Shown one piece after another: positions 51,470 through 63,661 of a DNA stretch of 64,000 nucleotides. Positions within the stretch are counted from its first letter, which is position 1. The number at the start of each line of letters is the position of its first letter. Origin of the DNA: Felis catus (Eukaryota); NCBI RefSeq assembly GCF_018350175.1, contig NC_058368.1, positions 102,302,001 to 102,366,000 on the forward strand, in the 5' to 3' direction. The notes beneath the pieces are model-generated. The model worked only from the letters and a program-made list of their open reading frames with translations, was not told where the DNA came from and ran no database searches. The translations under genes were made by a program, and so were the position numbers.

Positions 51470-54060
51470 ACCTCAAGAAACAAGATAAATGTCAAATAAG
51501 AAACCTAACTTTGTACCACAGGGAACTAGAGGAAAAAATAGAGCCCAAAATACTAGAAGAAAGGAAGTAACAAAGATCAAAGCAGATGTAAATAAAATGG
51601 AAAATAAGCAGACAGTAGGAAAAAAAAATCAATGAAACCAAGGGTCAAAACAGAACAAACAATTCTAAAATGTGTATGGAATCACAAAAGAGCTTGAATA
51701 GCAAATGCAGGCTTGAGAAAGGACAGAAGCATCACCATACTACCCAGCTATAATCATCAAAAGAGTATGGTCCTGGCATAAGAATAGACACATCGATCAA
51801 TGGAACAGAAGAGAGGGTGAAGAAATAAATCTGTGCACAAGAATCAATTAATTTATGACAACAAGCCAAGAATACACAAATGAGGAAATGGCAGTCTCTT
51901 CAATAAACGGTGCTGGGAAAACTAGATAGACAGATGCAAAAGAATAAAAATAGACCAGTAGCTTACAACATACACAAAATTAACTCAAATGGATTAAAGA
52001 CTTAAATTTAAGACTTACCACCATGAGCGACGCTCAGTCGGTTAAGCGTCTTACTTCAGCTCAGGTCATGATCTCCTGGTTCCCATGTTGAAGCCCCGCG
52101 TTGGGCTCTGTGCTGACTGCTCAGAGCCTGGAGCCTGCTTTGGATTCTGTGTCTCCCTCTCTCTCTACCCCTTTCCCGCTCATGCTCTATCTCTCAAAAA
52201 TAAATAAACATTAGAACAATTTTTGTAATTAAAAAAAAAAAAAAGACTTGGGGCACCTGGGTGGCTCAGTCAGTTAAGCGGCCAACTTCGGCTCAGGTCA
52301 TGATCTCGCGGTCCGTGAGTTCAAGCCCCGCGTCGGGCTCTGTGCTGACAGCTCGGAGCCTGGAGCCTGCTTCGGATTCTGTGTCTCCCTCTCCCTGACC
52401 CTCCCCCGTTCATGCTTTGTCTCTCTCTGTCTCAAAAATAAATAAACGTTTAAAAAAAAAAATTAAAAAAAAAAGACTTGACAGCATGAAACTACCAGAA
52501 GAAAATCAACACAGTAAGCTCCTTGACAACAGTCTTGGCGATGATTTTTTGGATGTGACTCCAGAAAGCCAAGGTAACAAAAGCAAAGAGAAACAAGTGG
52601 GACTACGTCAAACTAAAAAAGTTCCGGAAAGCAAAGGAAACCATCAACAAAATGAAAGTCAACCTTCGGGGTGGGAGAAAGTATTTGCAAAGTCATATTG
52701 TGTGATAAAGAATTAATAGCATATATATATAATATCACAAAAAAACCCTCATATAACTCAATAGCAAAAAACAAACCAGCAGACAATTTGATTAAAAAAT
52801 GGCCAGAGAATCTACCTTTAGACATTTTTCTCGAGAAGACATACAGATGGCCAACAGGCATCTGAAAAAATGTTTGACATCACTCATCATCAGGGAAATG
52901 CAAATCAAAATCACAATGATACATCACTTCATACCTGTCAGCATGGCGACTGTCAAAAAGACAGAAAATAACAAATGTTGGTGATGATACAGACAAAAGG
53001 CAACCCCTGTGCACTGTTGGTGGGAATGTAAATTAGTACAGCTACTATGGGGGGGGGGGGGTCTCAAAAAAACCCTAAAAATTAGAATTACCATATCATC
53101 CAGCAATATCTCTTCTGGGTATTTATCTAAAGAAGATGAAAATATTAAGTCAAAAAAAAAAAAAAAGAAAAGAAAAGAAACACCCCATGTTCACTGCAGA
53201 ATTATTTATAATAGCCAAGACATAAACAATCTAAGGGTCCAACAGTGGATACATGGGTAAAAAATGTGGTGTGTAGGGACGCCTGGGTGGTTCAGTTAAG
53301 CGTCCAACTTCAGCCCAGGATATGATCTCAAAGTTTGTGAGTTCAAGACCCGCACCAGGCTCTGCAATGATAGCTTAGAACCTCCTTTGGATTTTCTGTC
53401 TCCCTTTCTCTCTCTGCCCCTCCCCTGCTCTGACTCTCTCTCAAAAATAAACATTTTTTTGTGAAATGTGTGTATACATACACATATACATACATAGTAC
53501 ACACACACACACACACACACACGAATATTATTTAGCCATTAAAAAAAGAATGAAATCTTGCCACATGCTGTAACATGAGTGGACCTTGAGGGCACAATGC
53601 TAAGTGAAATAAATCAGACAGAAAAAAGACAAATACCACTTCTACGTGGAATCTGAAAAAGAAAAAAAGAAAAGGATGGAAAAACCCAAGCTCATAGGTA
53701 CAGAGAACCAACCGATTGGTGGTCGCCAGAGACAGGAATTTACGGAGTGGACAAAATGGGCGGGGGGGGGGGGGGGGGGCGGGGATCAAAATGTACAAAC
53801 TTGCAGCTATAAAACAAATGCCATAATGCAATATGCAGCACGGTGACTACAGTTAGTGATACTGTTTCCCATATGTGAGAGGTGCTAAAAGAGTAAATCT
53901 TAACAGTCCTCCTCACAAGAAAAAATCTGTAACGATCTATAGTGATGGATGTTAACTAGACGTCACTAGATCATTCCGCAATATAAACGGTGAATCGTTA
54001 TGTTGTATGCCTAAAAGTGATATAATACGAAATGCGAATTATACCTCAATTTTAAAAAGG
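51470..54060 (+). mobile_element. L1 (ORF2 3' part and 3' UTR, decayed) interrupted by SINEs at about 52024-52243, 52250-52473 and 53276-53458
   Basis: L1 ORF2 peptide remnants ([39 protein letters not shown]) and L1MA-type 3' UTR. Confidence 0.9.
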
Positions 54061-54090
54061 AAAAAAAAATCAATTACAAAAAAGACTCCT

Positions 54091-54300
54091 GGGGCACCTG
54101 AGCGGCTGACTCAGTTCGGCGTCTGACTTTTGGTTTTAGCTCACTTCATGATCTCGGCGTTCAACAGTTGGAGCCCCGCACTGGGTTCTTTGCTGACAGT
54201 GCAGAGCCTGCTTGGGATTCTCTCTCTCCCTCTCTCTCACTGCCCCCCCCCACTTGCTCTCTATCTCTCTCTGAAAATAAATTAAAAAAAAAAAAGAAAA
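54091..54300 (+). mobile_element. CAN-SINE
   Basis: TSD aagactcct. Confidence 0.88.
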
Positions 54301-54436
54301 GAAGACTCCTAAAGTGAAAAACACCAGAACACACAACGAATAGCATCCATAGGCTCTAAATTCCTTAGATATCAAGTTACTGCATTGACAGAAATGGGAT
54401 ACTTTAAGGAATGCACAGAGATAAACAAACGAAATC

Positions 54437-54649
54437 TTTTTTTTTTAACGTTTATTTATTTTTGAGACAGAGAGAGACAGAGCATGAACGGGGGAGGGAC
54501 AGAGGGAGAGGGAGACACAGAATCCGAAGCAGGCTCCAGGCTCCGAGCCGTCAGCCCAGAGCCCGACGCGGGGCTCGAACTCACGGACCGCGAGATCATG
54601 ACCTGAGTCGAAGTCGGACGCTCAACCGACTGAGGCACCCAGGCGCCCC
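54437..54649 (-). mobile_element. CAN-SINE
   Basis: TSD gaaatctttttt. Confidence 0.95.
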
Positions 54650-55144
54650 TGAAATCTTTTTTTTATATACATTCTACTTTGGTTTATCAATTTAGATCTG
54701 GAGATCGCTCCTCGATTTCTAATGGCCTTTTTTTTCATCAAAGTAGATTAGTTTAATGGGGAGAAGTTATTGTTAATTAGACACACACACACACACATCT
54801 CACAGGAACAGAGCAGAAATTCTATAGCAATCCTGGAATCGGTCCAAGACATTCTTACTTTGACAATAGGAGAGGATTAGTTTCTGAAGACCGCAAAGTC
54901 AATGACAGCTTCTTAATTTTACAGTTTCGGTTTTACTGATGTAAGAAAAACATGTCACTGGCATCATGTTTTTAATGCCTAATCCTGTACCACAGGTGAC
55001 GGGCAAAGCTAAAAGAGATCGTAGCTAGCCGCTTTCAAAGTCAAACGTCGAATGGAACGGGAGTGTCATAGCCGAGGGAAAATGAACATTAATTAGCCCG
55101 TTCTGGAGGAAATATCTCGAAGCACAATGAAGTAATACACATAC

Positions 55145-55210
55145 GCGCATCAAACTTTTTTGTGATAGCTTTCAAACGCGCACCCACACATTTCCCACCG
55201 GTTGTTTTTG
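55145..55210 (-). pseudogene. Possible pseudo-exon F (acceptor AG appears mutated to GG)
   Basis: Polypyrimidine tract ctctctttcttatctctGG|, donor CGC|GTATGT; 66 nt; AKTTGGKCVGARLKAITKKFDA. Confidence 0.25.
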
Positions 55211-56282
55211 CCAGAGATAAGAAAGAGAGCTTGACGGGAATGAAGTCGTAGAGGTAGGGAATGCAATTTTTCCCAGGCAGACCAATTAGTAATTGTAGCC
55301 TTGAAAAGAAGCATTTTGTAACTTCCCGTCAAGGGAAATACTGCCAAACTTTGCAGGGATGCGGGGCGGGGGGAAAAGGCACTCTATTTGCCTCCGCTAT
55401 GATAGCTTTCCTTTTCTCCGGAAAAGATACTGGCCTTCTTCACACCATGGCACGGCCCTGAAAGCCCGGTTTGACGTTCCTCTCTTCAGTACATAATCCT
55501 GAGTGTGCGGACGTGTAGCATTTTCGCTCAAGAAATCTACTCCGGCGGCAGCAGCCAGGAGGAAGCTATAGATCACCGATGTGTCAATCGGCACCCTTTT
55601 CTGTTGGAGAAGCAATGCCACCTCGCACTGGCTTCAGGCAAAAGGGGACCTGGAGGCTCAAAGCCATCAGGAGCCCGCCTGTTCACCGCTCAGGTCTGCT
55701 TTCCTCGGCATCGTCTTCCATCTCTGGAAAGATCTCCTGTGTCATGGTACAGATGCTCCCCCGCCCGCCCCCTCCCTCCCCGGACAGCTCTAGTTACCCA
55801 CTGTTACCTAAAGAGCCCACCTCCTACGTGCATCTCTTTCCCATGAACTCCGGGAAAAGGTCCCAGGCAGAACTGTCACTGGCCCCTTGTGGGTCACATG
55901 ACCTTCACAAACTACTCCCTGCAGCCAGCAAGGTCCGATGCTGTGGATGACAGACTGGGGCGACCGGGGGCTCCTGGCTTGGGGTGGACGAGGTAATTCT
56001 ACAACAAAAAACCGGGGTGCTGTGGTCAGAGGAAGCAAAGGGAGACTAGGAAGGCAAAAATAACCAACGGTGCCTACAAAACTGAGAAATAACTTTTCTA
56101 CCAAGATGGGGCCTTGTTTTCTACACCATTAAAAGGAAAACAGAACAAAAAGCAAAAGCGAAGTGGGAAGCATACTGTTTTTCTCAACAGGTCCACACTC
56201 CTGGGACAGGAGCTCAACCATCCTCTTGATTTCACCTTAGAACCTTTCCTCTGCTAGCCTCTCAAAATCTGGAAGGAAGGGC

Positions 56283-56505
56283 GGGGTGCCTGGGTGGCTC
56301 AGTCGGTTGAGCGTCTGACTTCGGCTCAGGTCATGATCTCACGGTCCGTGAGTTCGAGCCCCGTGACGGGCTCTGTGCTGACAGCTCGGAGCCTGGAGCC
56401 CGTTTCCGATTCTGGGTCTCCCTCTCTCTCTCTGCCCCTCCCCCGCTCATGCTCTGTCTCTGTCTCAAAAATAAATAAAAACATTAAAAGAAACTTTTTT
56501 TTTTT
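56283..56505 (+). mobile_element. CAN-SINE
   Basis: TSD aaatctggaaggaa. Confidence 0.93.
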
Positions 56506-57029
56506 TAAATCTGGAAGGAAAAAAGGATGGAAGGAAGGCAGGCAGGCTGGCTTACTGGTCTTGTGTAACTTTATGGCTCACAGGCACTTCAAGGTCAATG
56601 TGTCAACAATGACCCCATCACATTTCTTCTTGAACCTATTTCTTCCCTTACAGCCTCCATTTCCGGAGGCGCACTGCTGTTGCCATTCTCCCAGGGAGGC
56701 TAAAATCCCAGCTTTCTCCTGCTTTCTCACCATCTCCTGCCCTCAGTCTGCCTGCTGCAAAGTCACCACCAAACCCTGCCAGTATTTCCTCCTAAACAAA
56801 TATAAGGCGCTATCTCTGGTCCCACCGCCAGGGACCACACTGACGGTCATCCAGATTCCCGTGGTGATTCTAAGCTGCCTGCTGGGCCCCATTCTCGCTT
56901 CCCTCCGGAGCAGCTACTGGAGGGAATGGCGCGTCCAATTTAAGGTATCTCTCCCCACTCCACAACCTTCCGATGCGTCTTCGTCATCCACCACTGTGGT
57001 TTCCCAAGGAAATCCTATATGGAAGCCCA

Positions 57030-57425
57030 GCGTAGGAAGGCTTGAACAACCTGATGGCTTAAAACAACAGAGATGTATTCCCTCATTGTCCCGCAGGCTA
57101 GAAGGCTGAAATCAAGGTGTTAGCTGACTTCCGGTAGCTCCAGCGGTCCTGGGTGTTTCCCGGCTCGTAGATCACTTTATTCTCTTCTTCTGCCTTCTCC
57201 CTTGTGTTTCTCCTCATCGTCACTGTGTCTCACATCTCGCTTGTCTTGTCTCTTTGAAGGAGACTAGTCACTGGGTTCAAGACTCACCCAGTTATCCAGG
57301 AGGATCTCGTGTTGAGAGCCTTGATTCAATTACACCTGCAAAGACCTCCTTTCCAAATAAGGTCACATGCATGGATACCAGGAGTTAGGATATGGAGATC
57401 TGTGTTTGAAGGACCCAGTTCCACT
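57030..57425 (-). mobile_element. MLT1-like LTR
   Basis: tggcttaaaacaacagagatgtattccctca...ctgaaatcaaggtgttagc...acacctgcaaagacc...tttccaaataaggtcaca. Confidence 0.8.
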
Positions 57426-57843
57426 ATGGGAACTATGGGAACCGTACACAAGCATGTTTACGAGACACAACCCAAGCCCTGATACATCATGATTCCATGA
57501 TTTTCATGCCTTGGGCCCCATCCTCCCTGGGGCGGACCTCTCGCCATCGGCCACCTCTCTGCCTCTGTTGTCGCTGACTCCCGGGCATCCTTTGTCCTGC
57601 CCGAGGCTCCTTCCTGCCTTTGCCAGGGCTGACACCTCTACCTGGGATGCGCTCTCTCCCCTGCTCCCGTGTCACGTGGCTAGGACCATACCAGAGCTAA
57701 GTCCCCAAGGCACCGGTGTCACTGATGGTCACGGGAAACATTTAACGCCACGGCTTTATTTGGCTTGGGCAACTTTTAAGAAAAAAACTAACCAACGGCC
57801 AACTTTCAAAACTCAAGAAACTGACATAAAAATGTCTATTTGT

Positions 57844-58070
57844 GGGGCGCCTGGGTGGCGCAGTCAGTTAAGCGTCCGACTTCAGCCAGGTCACGATCTC
57901 GCGGTCCGTGAGTTCGAGCCCCGCGTCAGGCTCTGGGCTGATGGCTCAGAGCCTGGAGCCTGTTTCCGATTCTGTGTCTCCCTCTTTCTGCCCCTCCCCC
58001 GTTCATGCTCTCTCTCTGTCCCAAAAATAAATAAAAACGTTAAAAAAAAACCACTTTTTTTTAAAAAAAA
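57844..58070 (+). mobile_element. CAN-SINE (SINEC_Fc-type)
   Basis: TSD aaaatgtctatttgt. Confidence 0.95.
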
Positions 58071-58682
58071 TGTCTATTTGTAGCTCAGCTGTGGCAGGAT
58101 AGGTCTGCCTTTTGGTAGTACAGCATGAGACAGGTGCGGCACAGTGGTGGGGCTTGACCACCTCGGTCATTCAGTGCTTCCCTGATCACCTCCAGGCTGT
58201 GGCAGTCATCTCCACTCCCTGCCTTCGGGCCTAGCTCCCAAGCGGAGCGGTCTGCTCCCCGGGAAACTGCAGCCAAGCTCACTCATCTTACCCCCTCCCC
58301 ATTGTCCTGTTCCTTGCCCCCCTCCCACCTGCCCAGAGCAGGGGGTCGCCTCACACCCATACTCGCTGTCTCAGCTGGAGCTGGGGGGCTTGCACAACAG
58401 ATACGTATTTCTCCGAGGTGCGGACACTGACAAGTCCAAGGTCAAGGGGCCAGCTGATTCAGACGCTGAGGACTAATTCAGACCCTGTCCTGGCTTGCAG
58501 ACAGCTGCCTTCTCAATGTGGCAAAGAGGGACTGCTCCAGAGTCTCTGCTGACAAGGACACGAATCTCATGACCCACCGTCACGACTTCGTCTACACGGA
58601 ATCACTTCCCATAGGTGGAGTCACTTCCCAAAGCCCATGGCATTGGGGGATACCAACGGGGAGAGGGATGTATTCAGTCCAT

Positions 58683-58721
<39 letters not shown>

Positions 58722-59121
58722 CCCCTACCTGCCTCTCTTCCTTGTTCTCTCCTTCTCTCTTTTACAATATATTGTACCTTTTATAAATACATTTCATCTA
58801 GGAGCCCCAGCAGCAAGGCAAAAGCAGATCACCACTGCCCACGTCCAAATGCTTTCCTACCCTGCCAGCCATGGGTGATGGCCATCCTTACGCTCACTTC
58901 TCCATGTCAAGAGTGTCTTAGCCATTCATTTTACCCTAGTGCTACTAATAGGAAAATGCCACGGACACTGGAAACAATGGTGGAGTTTGTCCTACCTTAC
59001 AGATCCCGAGAAGCGATTCCTAGCCCACACAGCTGATATTCAGGACCCAGGGACTCAGGCTCAGTACACACAGCACACCTGAGGCAAGTGATGTCCGTGT
59101 GACTTCAATTATCAACTAACT

Positions 59122-59340
59122 GGGGACGCCTGGGGGCTCTGTTGGTTAAGTGTCCGACCCTTGGTTTTGGCTCAGGTCGTTAACTCACGGTGTCCTGGGT
59201 TCAAACCCCACGTTGGGCTCCGCCCTGGTAGCACGGAGCTTGCTTGGGGTTCTTTGTCTCCCTCTCTCTGTGCCCCTCCCCCCACTAATGCCGTCTCCGT
59301 CTCCATCTCTCTCAAAATAAATAAGTACACTTTAAACAAA
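59122..59340 (+). mobile_element. CAN-SINE
   Basis: Diverged SINE body. Confidence 0.88.
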
Positions 59341-59671
59341 ATATCCACTCAAGGTAGGATTGAAGGTTTAAAGTGAAACACTTTAAAAATGAGAACAGGT
59401 AACAGCATCCTGCTGATTCATGGACGTTTCCTCCCACTGAGAAGACTTACAGTGAGTCTTTGGATGTGTGACCTTGGGAAACTTACTTCACGTCCCTTTG
59501 CCTCCATTTCTTGACCAGTAAAGTGTTGATGATCCTGATACGTCCCTCATGAGACTGCTGCGAGGGTCAAATAAGTTACAGATGTCACACAATGAGCACA
59601 AGGCCTGGATCAGTAAACACCAGCTGTTTTTATTTCTAACAGAGGAAACAGTTTTAAAAAGTGGGACTCCA

Positions 59672-59875
59672 GGGGTGCCCGGGTGACTCCACCCATTAAG
59701 CGTCTGACTCTCGATTTCGGCTCACGTCATGACCTCACGGTGCGTGGACTGGAGCCCCACGTCAGGCTCTGAGCTGGCAGCACAGAGCCTGCTTGGGATT
59801 CTGTCTCCCTCGCTGTCTCTCCCTCTCTTTCTCTCAAAATAATAGGTAAGCTTTAAAAAGAAAAAAAAAAAAAAG
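59672..59875 (+). mobile_element. CAN-SINE
   Basis: TSD aaaaag.gggactcca. Confidence 0.9.
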
Positions 59876-59983
59876 CGGGACTCCAAATCTCAGATACAAA
59901 GAACTGGAGAGAAGGTACGCCTCGTCTTAAAGGGGCTGCTGTTACTAAGTTTCAGCAACGATCATCGTCCCATGTGGTCTTAC

Positions 59984-60116
59984 CTTCCAGCATTTCAGGA
60001 TTATCGAAATGCAGATTGTTGTGTGAAAGGTCTGATTTTCAAGTTGCAAATTAACATTTAAATCATCACAGGACCCAATCAGAAGGCAGTAATGGACTTC
60101 AGTGCGGGTCTTCCGT
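59984..60116 (-). pseudogene. Pseudo-exon E
   Basis: ttcctttcctgctccAG| acceptor, AAG|GTAAGA donor; 133 nt; one frame open: RKTRTEVHYCLLIGSCDDLNVNLQLENQTFHTTICISIILKCWK. Confidence 0.65.
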
Positions 60117-61228
60117 CTGGAGCAGGAAAGGAACATAGCCTCCTGGGAAGGTTGCCCTGCATTAAATTTACCCACTGGCACATCCCAGGTCCCTCCTGGC
60201 CACTCCCCATTTACTGTTCCCGTATTGCCTCAAACCACCTAACAATCTACCCATTCCTCACTTTCTCCCTAAATTACTGAGCAACAACAACAAAAAAGAC
60301 TGAAACCAGCAGCCAGCCACCCTGGCAAATGTTAATTGAGGGTAAATGGCTGCGATTCCTCCTCCGCCTTGCAAACCCACTCTCTGGAAGCACCAGAGAC
60401 CTTCAGACCCTCTGGAGGATTTTCACCAATGCACACTGCCAGACTCCCACACGGAAGGAAGCATCCCGCCCCCACCCCCAGCTCGCCCAGATCTGTCCTG
60501 TGCTTTCAAAGGGCCAAACTAGAGCTCATGTGACAAGGACCAAATGCCGAAACGCCACAGTGGAACAATTTGTTTCTTCCCAGCTTCCTAACTTGCCCGC
60601 ATGTGCATTATGTCAGGTGTCTAAGAATACCATTCATTTTTCCAGAATTGAGTCGCACAGGCACAGAACCACTTCAACTTCGGGTCCCCACCAAAGTGGT
60701 CTTTACAGCCAAGCAGTCGAGAGGGAATTATTGGAAAGCCATCTCGCGCTCGGATTCCCCATCGGCCAAGTGACTTAGGACGAGGAAGTCAGTGTTGTTT
60801 AACTGGAAGACGGTTCCCCTTTAAAACAATGGTGCCGAAAAAATAACTCTTGTCTCATTGTTTTACTACTTGACTGTTGTGCTTCTATTTTTTTTAAATG
60901 ACTGCCTTGTGCTTTTTTGCACCTGTATCGCACTTTATTATACCCTCAAGGTGTCATCGAAGTGTGTCTTTATTCTCATTTCAGGGCATATGGTTTGCAG
61001 TTTTGCAACAATTCAAACAATGACGTAGTAAAGTAATTTCAGGAGAGGCCAGTCTTTGAAGCTTGTACTTTTTAAGGGCTCTGAATTGGGAGGGGGGAAA
61101 AAAAGGGTGTTTTTTTTTTTTTTTGTCTTATTTACTGTGGCTTAAGGGACCATTAACATTTGCTTGTAAATCGTTCATAATTTGAGGAAGGATAGTTTCT
61201 TCAGAGCCTCAGAAAATGGCCCACTTAC

Positions 61229-61371
61229 CACTGGCATATTTTCCATTTTGGCATAGCAATAACTCAGCATTCAGTAAATGAAAGACGCTGGCATTTGTTT
61301 GGATTTCTTTTTTGAACTTTTTATATAAAACACTTCTGTTCCATTAGGATAATCCTATTTGACTTGCTTCT
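61229..61371 (-). pseudogene. Pseudo-exon D
   Basis: ccttttccttttctttgaccaAG| acceptor, GTG|GTAAGT donor; 143 nt, phase 2->1; EASQIGLS*WNRSVLYKKFKKEIQTNASVFHLLNAELLLCQNGKYAS. Confidence 0.65.
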
Positions 61372-61879
61372 CTTGGTCAAAGAAAAGGAAAAGGCTATTA
61401 TGCGAGAGCCAGGAACAAAGGATTTCCCACCCCTGGTCGGGCTTTTTGATTTTGCCAATAACTTCCGGCTTCAAAGGAGGGGAAACAGGCTTGAAATGAA
61501 AGCACCTCCCGATGATGCCATGAGGTTTGCGGCCAACAGATTGCTCTCCTGACCCTGTGTACAATCTCTTTCTGCCCTCAAGTGATGGCTACAATTACCA
61601 CTGTTTTACCTACGGAGAAAACCCCCACTATTATTTTAGGGCCAGTGATTTCGACTGCTTGTGTCCAACGCAGTCATGGTGTTGAACCCCACCAACTCAC
61701 GCTACGTTTGTGTTGAGAAATCAAAGAACGCGAGGAACTGAGTCCCTTTGATTTTTTTTTTTTTTTTTTTTGTAAAAACACTGGAGAAGAAACATCGCAC
61801 CGGAGCAAGATTCTTTTTTTAAAGGAGTCTTTCTTGCTGACGGAGCAATTGTTTTATGTAGAAAAATGAGGATACAATA

Positions 61880-62103
61880 GGGGCGCCTGGGTGGCGCAGT
61901 CGGTTAAGCGTCCGACTTCAGCCAGGTCACGATCTCGCGGTCCGGGAGTTCGAGCCCCGCGTCGGGCACTGGGCTGATGGCTCGGAGCCTGGAGCCTGTT
62001 TCTGATTCTGTGTCTCCCTCTCTCTCTGCCCCTCCCCCGTTCATGCTCTGTCTCTCTCTGTCCCCAAAATAAATAAACGTTGAAAAAAAAAATTAAAAAA
62101 AAA
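61880..62103 (+). mobile_element. CAN-SINE (SINEC_Fc-type)
   Basis: Consensus-like body. Confidence 0.95.
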
Positions 62104-62169
62104 TACAGCTCAAGTCCTTCTTTCTCCAAGCATTCAAGGACCCCAAAAGCAGGTCATGAGCCTTCCTAC

Positions 62170-62308
62170 CTTGAATTCATGTAGCAGTCGCCATCCACAG
62201 CTAGCCTTGTATTCATTCGATAGAGCACACTTCAGCACCTACCATATCCTGACCACAATGCTAAACCCTGCACCGCAGGATATTTTTTTTAAATGACTAG
62301 AATTTACT
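62170..62308 (-). pseudogene. Pseudo-exon C
   Basis: cttggcttccttgctAG| acceptor, AAG|GTAGGA donor; 139 nt; ...YPAVQGLALWSGYGRC*SVLYRMNTRLAVDGDCYMNS(R), with a likely frameshift in the A-run; phase-2 end matches exon D. Confidence 0.55.
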
Positions 62309-62738
62309 CTAGCAAGGAAGCCAAGATGACACATGACACAAATGGCTGTAATGACAACGCAGGATGTCATGAGCGATATACAAACTACTTTCATAATTGA
62401 AAAGAAAGAGACAGATGACTTTCCTGGGGGGGGGGAACGTTGCTTCAAGGATTTGCTGGTTACACCAGCCCCAGAGGGATGCCGATCTCTGTCGCACGAG
62501 TATTTGTGGCCCAGAAGTCATCCCTCGTGCCTTCTGACTGTGGCCTTGCATCATTCGCTTAGGTTTTCTAACTCTTCTGTCTTGCTGCTCTAGATTATGA
62601 GCTCAAAATAGCCAATATTGTATAAAGTTCCCTCTCTGCCTCACACATGATAGTTAAGCAGTAAATATCTGTGTATTTCCTTCTCCAAAAAAAAAAAAAA
62701 AAAAAAAAAAAAATGAAAACCTCTTATTTAACTCTTAC

Positions 62739-62891
62739 CAGTTTCCAGACCCCTGTGTCTGGCACATGATCATAAACCCAGTCCCCACCTCTGTGAACCA
62801 CATAGTTGAATACTTGATATGTTTGCACAACACGGGGTAAGGTACATCAACGCACAGGGACCCTCAGAGTCAAAAGGCTGGCAGCCAACTT
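62739..62891 (-). pseudogene. Pseudo-exon B
   Basis: tcttctctatAG| acceptor, CTG|GTAAGA donor; 153 nt; ends ...LPRVVQTYQVFNYVVHRGGDWVYDHVPDTGVWKL (one stop upstream in this frame). Confidence 0.7.
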
Positions 62892-63356
62892 CTATAGAGA
62901 AGAACCCAGCCAGCGACTGTTCCACTAAGGAGGTCAAGAATGAGCAGAGCTTCCTGGGTGAGTGAAGGTTTACCAGACGGACAAGGATAGAGAGGCGGCA
63001 TCCCTGATACAACAAAGGAATGGAAAACAGACGTTGGCAGGGGGAGGTCTTTACTGGCTACCCTAACGTCTTCCCTGGTGCCTCTCATATGCACAGTGCA
63101 GAATTAACTCAACCACTCCTCTTATCCTTTATGCTGAGCGTCGTATTTGTAGAACTGTATGGTAAATTGTAAGGCCGAAAAGAATTTCCCTGCTTGTTTT
63201 AGGGTGTGGTTTTTCCCTTCCTTTCAGTCTGATGGGATATCCTGAGTTTGCATCCTCCCCAAATGAACAGCGTAGTCAACGAGCCCAGTGGCTCACTACT
63301 GCTCCAGAATTCAGGAAGAATTGCTTTTAAGGGGCAAATAATTTCTCTTCACATAC

Positions 63357-63661
63357 ACTGTGCTCCGTTCCTGAGGAAACATTCCAGGCAAGGTTCCTTC
63401 TGAGCAACTATGTAAGTTAGCACTGAATGTGCCTAAAGTATGCAGCCCTGGGGATTATACCAGAAACTGTGGGTAAATCAAGAGGCCTTTTTGTTAAGGG
63501 ATCTAGCCAATGGTCAATCCCATGTGGTTTCTCTGAGATTTACCAGCATTCTGAGCAGGGAACAAGCAACCACAAGAAATCTGGTGTGAGCAGCACCTTC
63601 CACAGTTGGATCTCATCATCACTGGCCACTCTCACCCTTCCCCCCTCACTGCTATTCTCTC
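63357..63661 (-). pseudogene. Pseudo-exon A (CTL-like)
   Basis: ttttggattttcAG|G acceptor; AGT|GTATGT donor (alternative donor near 63114); 305 nt, phase 1->0. GENSSEGGRVRVASDDEIQLWKVLLTPDFLWLLVPCSECW*ISEKPHGIDHWLDPLTKRPLDLPTVSGIIPRAAYFRHIQC*LT*LLRRNLAWNVSSGTEHS. Confidence 0.55.

Larger units (their letters stand above)
2470..63661 (-). pseudogene. Multi-exon decayed gene (probable unitary pseudogene) for a large extracellular multi-C-type-lectin + SUEL-like lectin protein; 5' end outside window
   Basis: About 20 minus-strand exons with polypyrimidine-AG acceptors and GT donors, many phase-compatible neighbours, Cys/Trp patterns of CTL and SUEL domains, several N-x-S/T sequons, and numerous stops and frameshifts. 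See the individual exon entries. Confidence 0.75.

Noticed and set aside
52417..53260. ORFs with reverse-transcriptase-element-like peptides
   Set aside because: Fragmented, frameshifted L1 ORF2; not functional.
56294..57109. Longest ORF in the track (271 aa)
   Set aside because: Read-through of SINE, L2 and MLT1 relics; no protein family signal.
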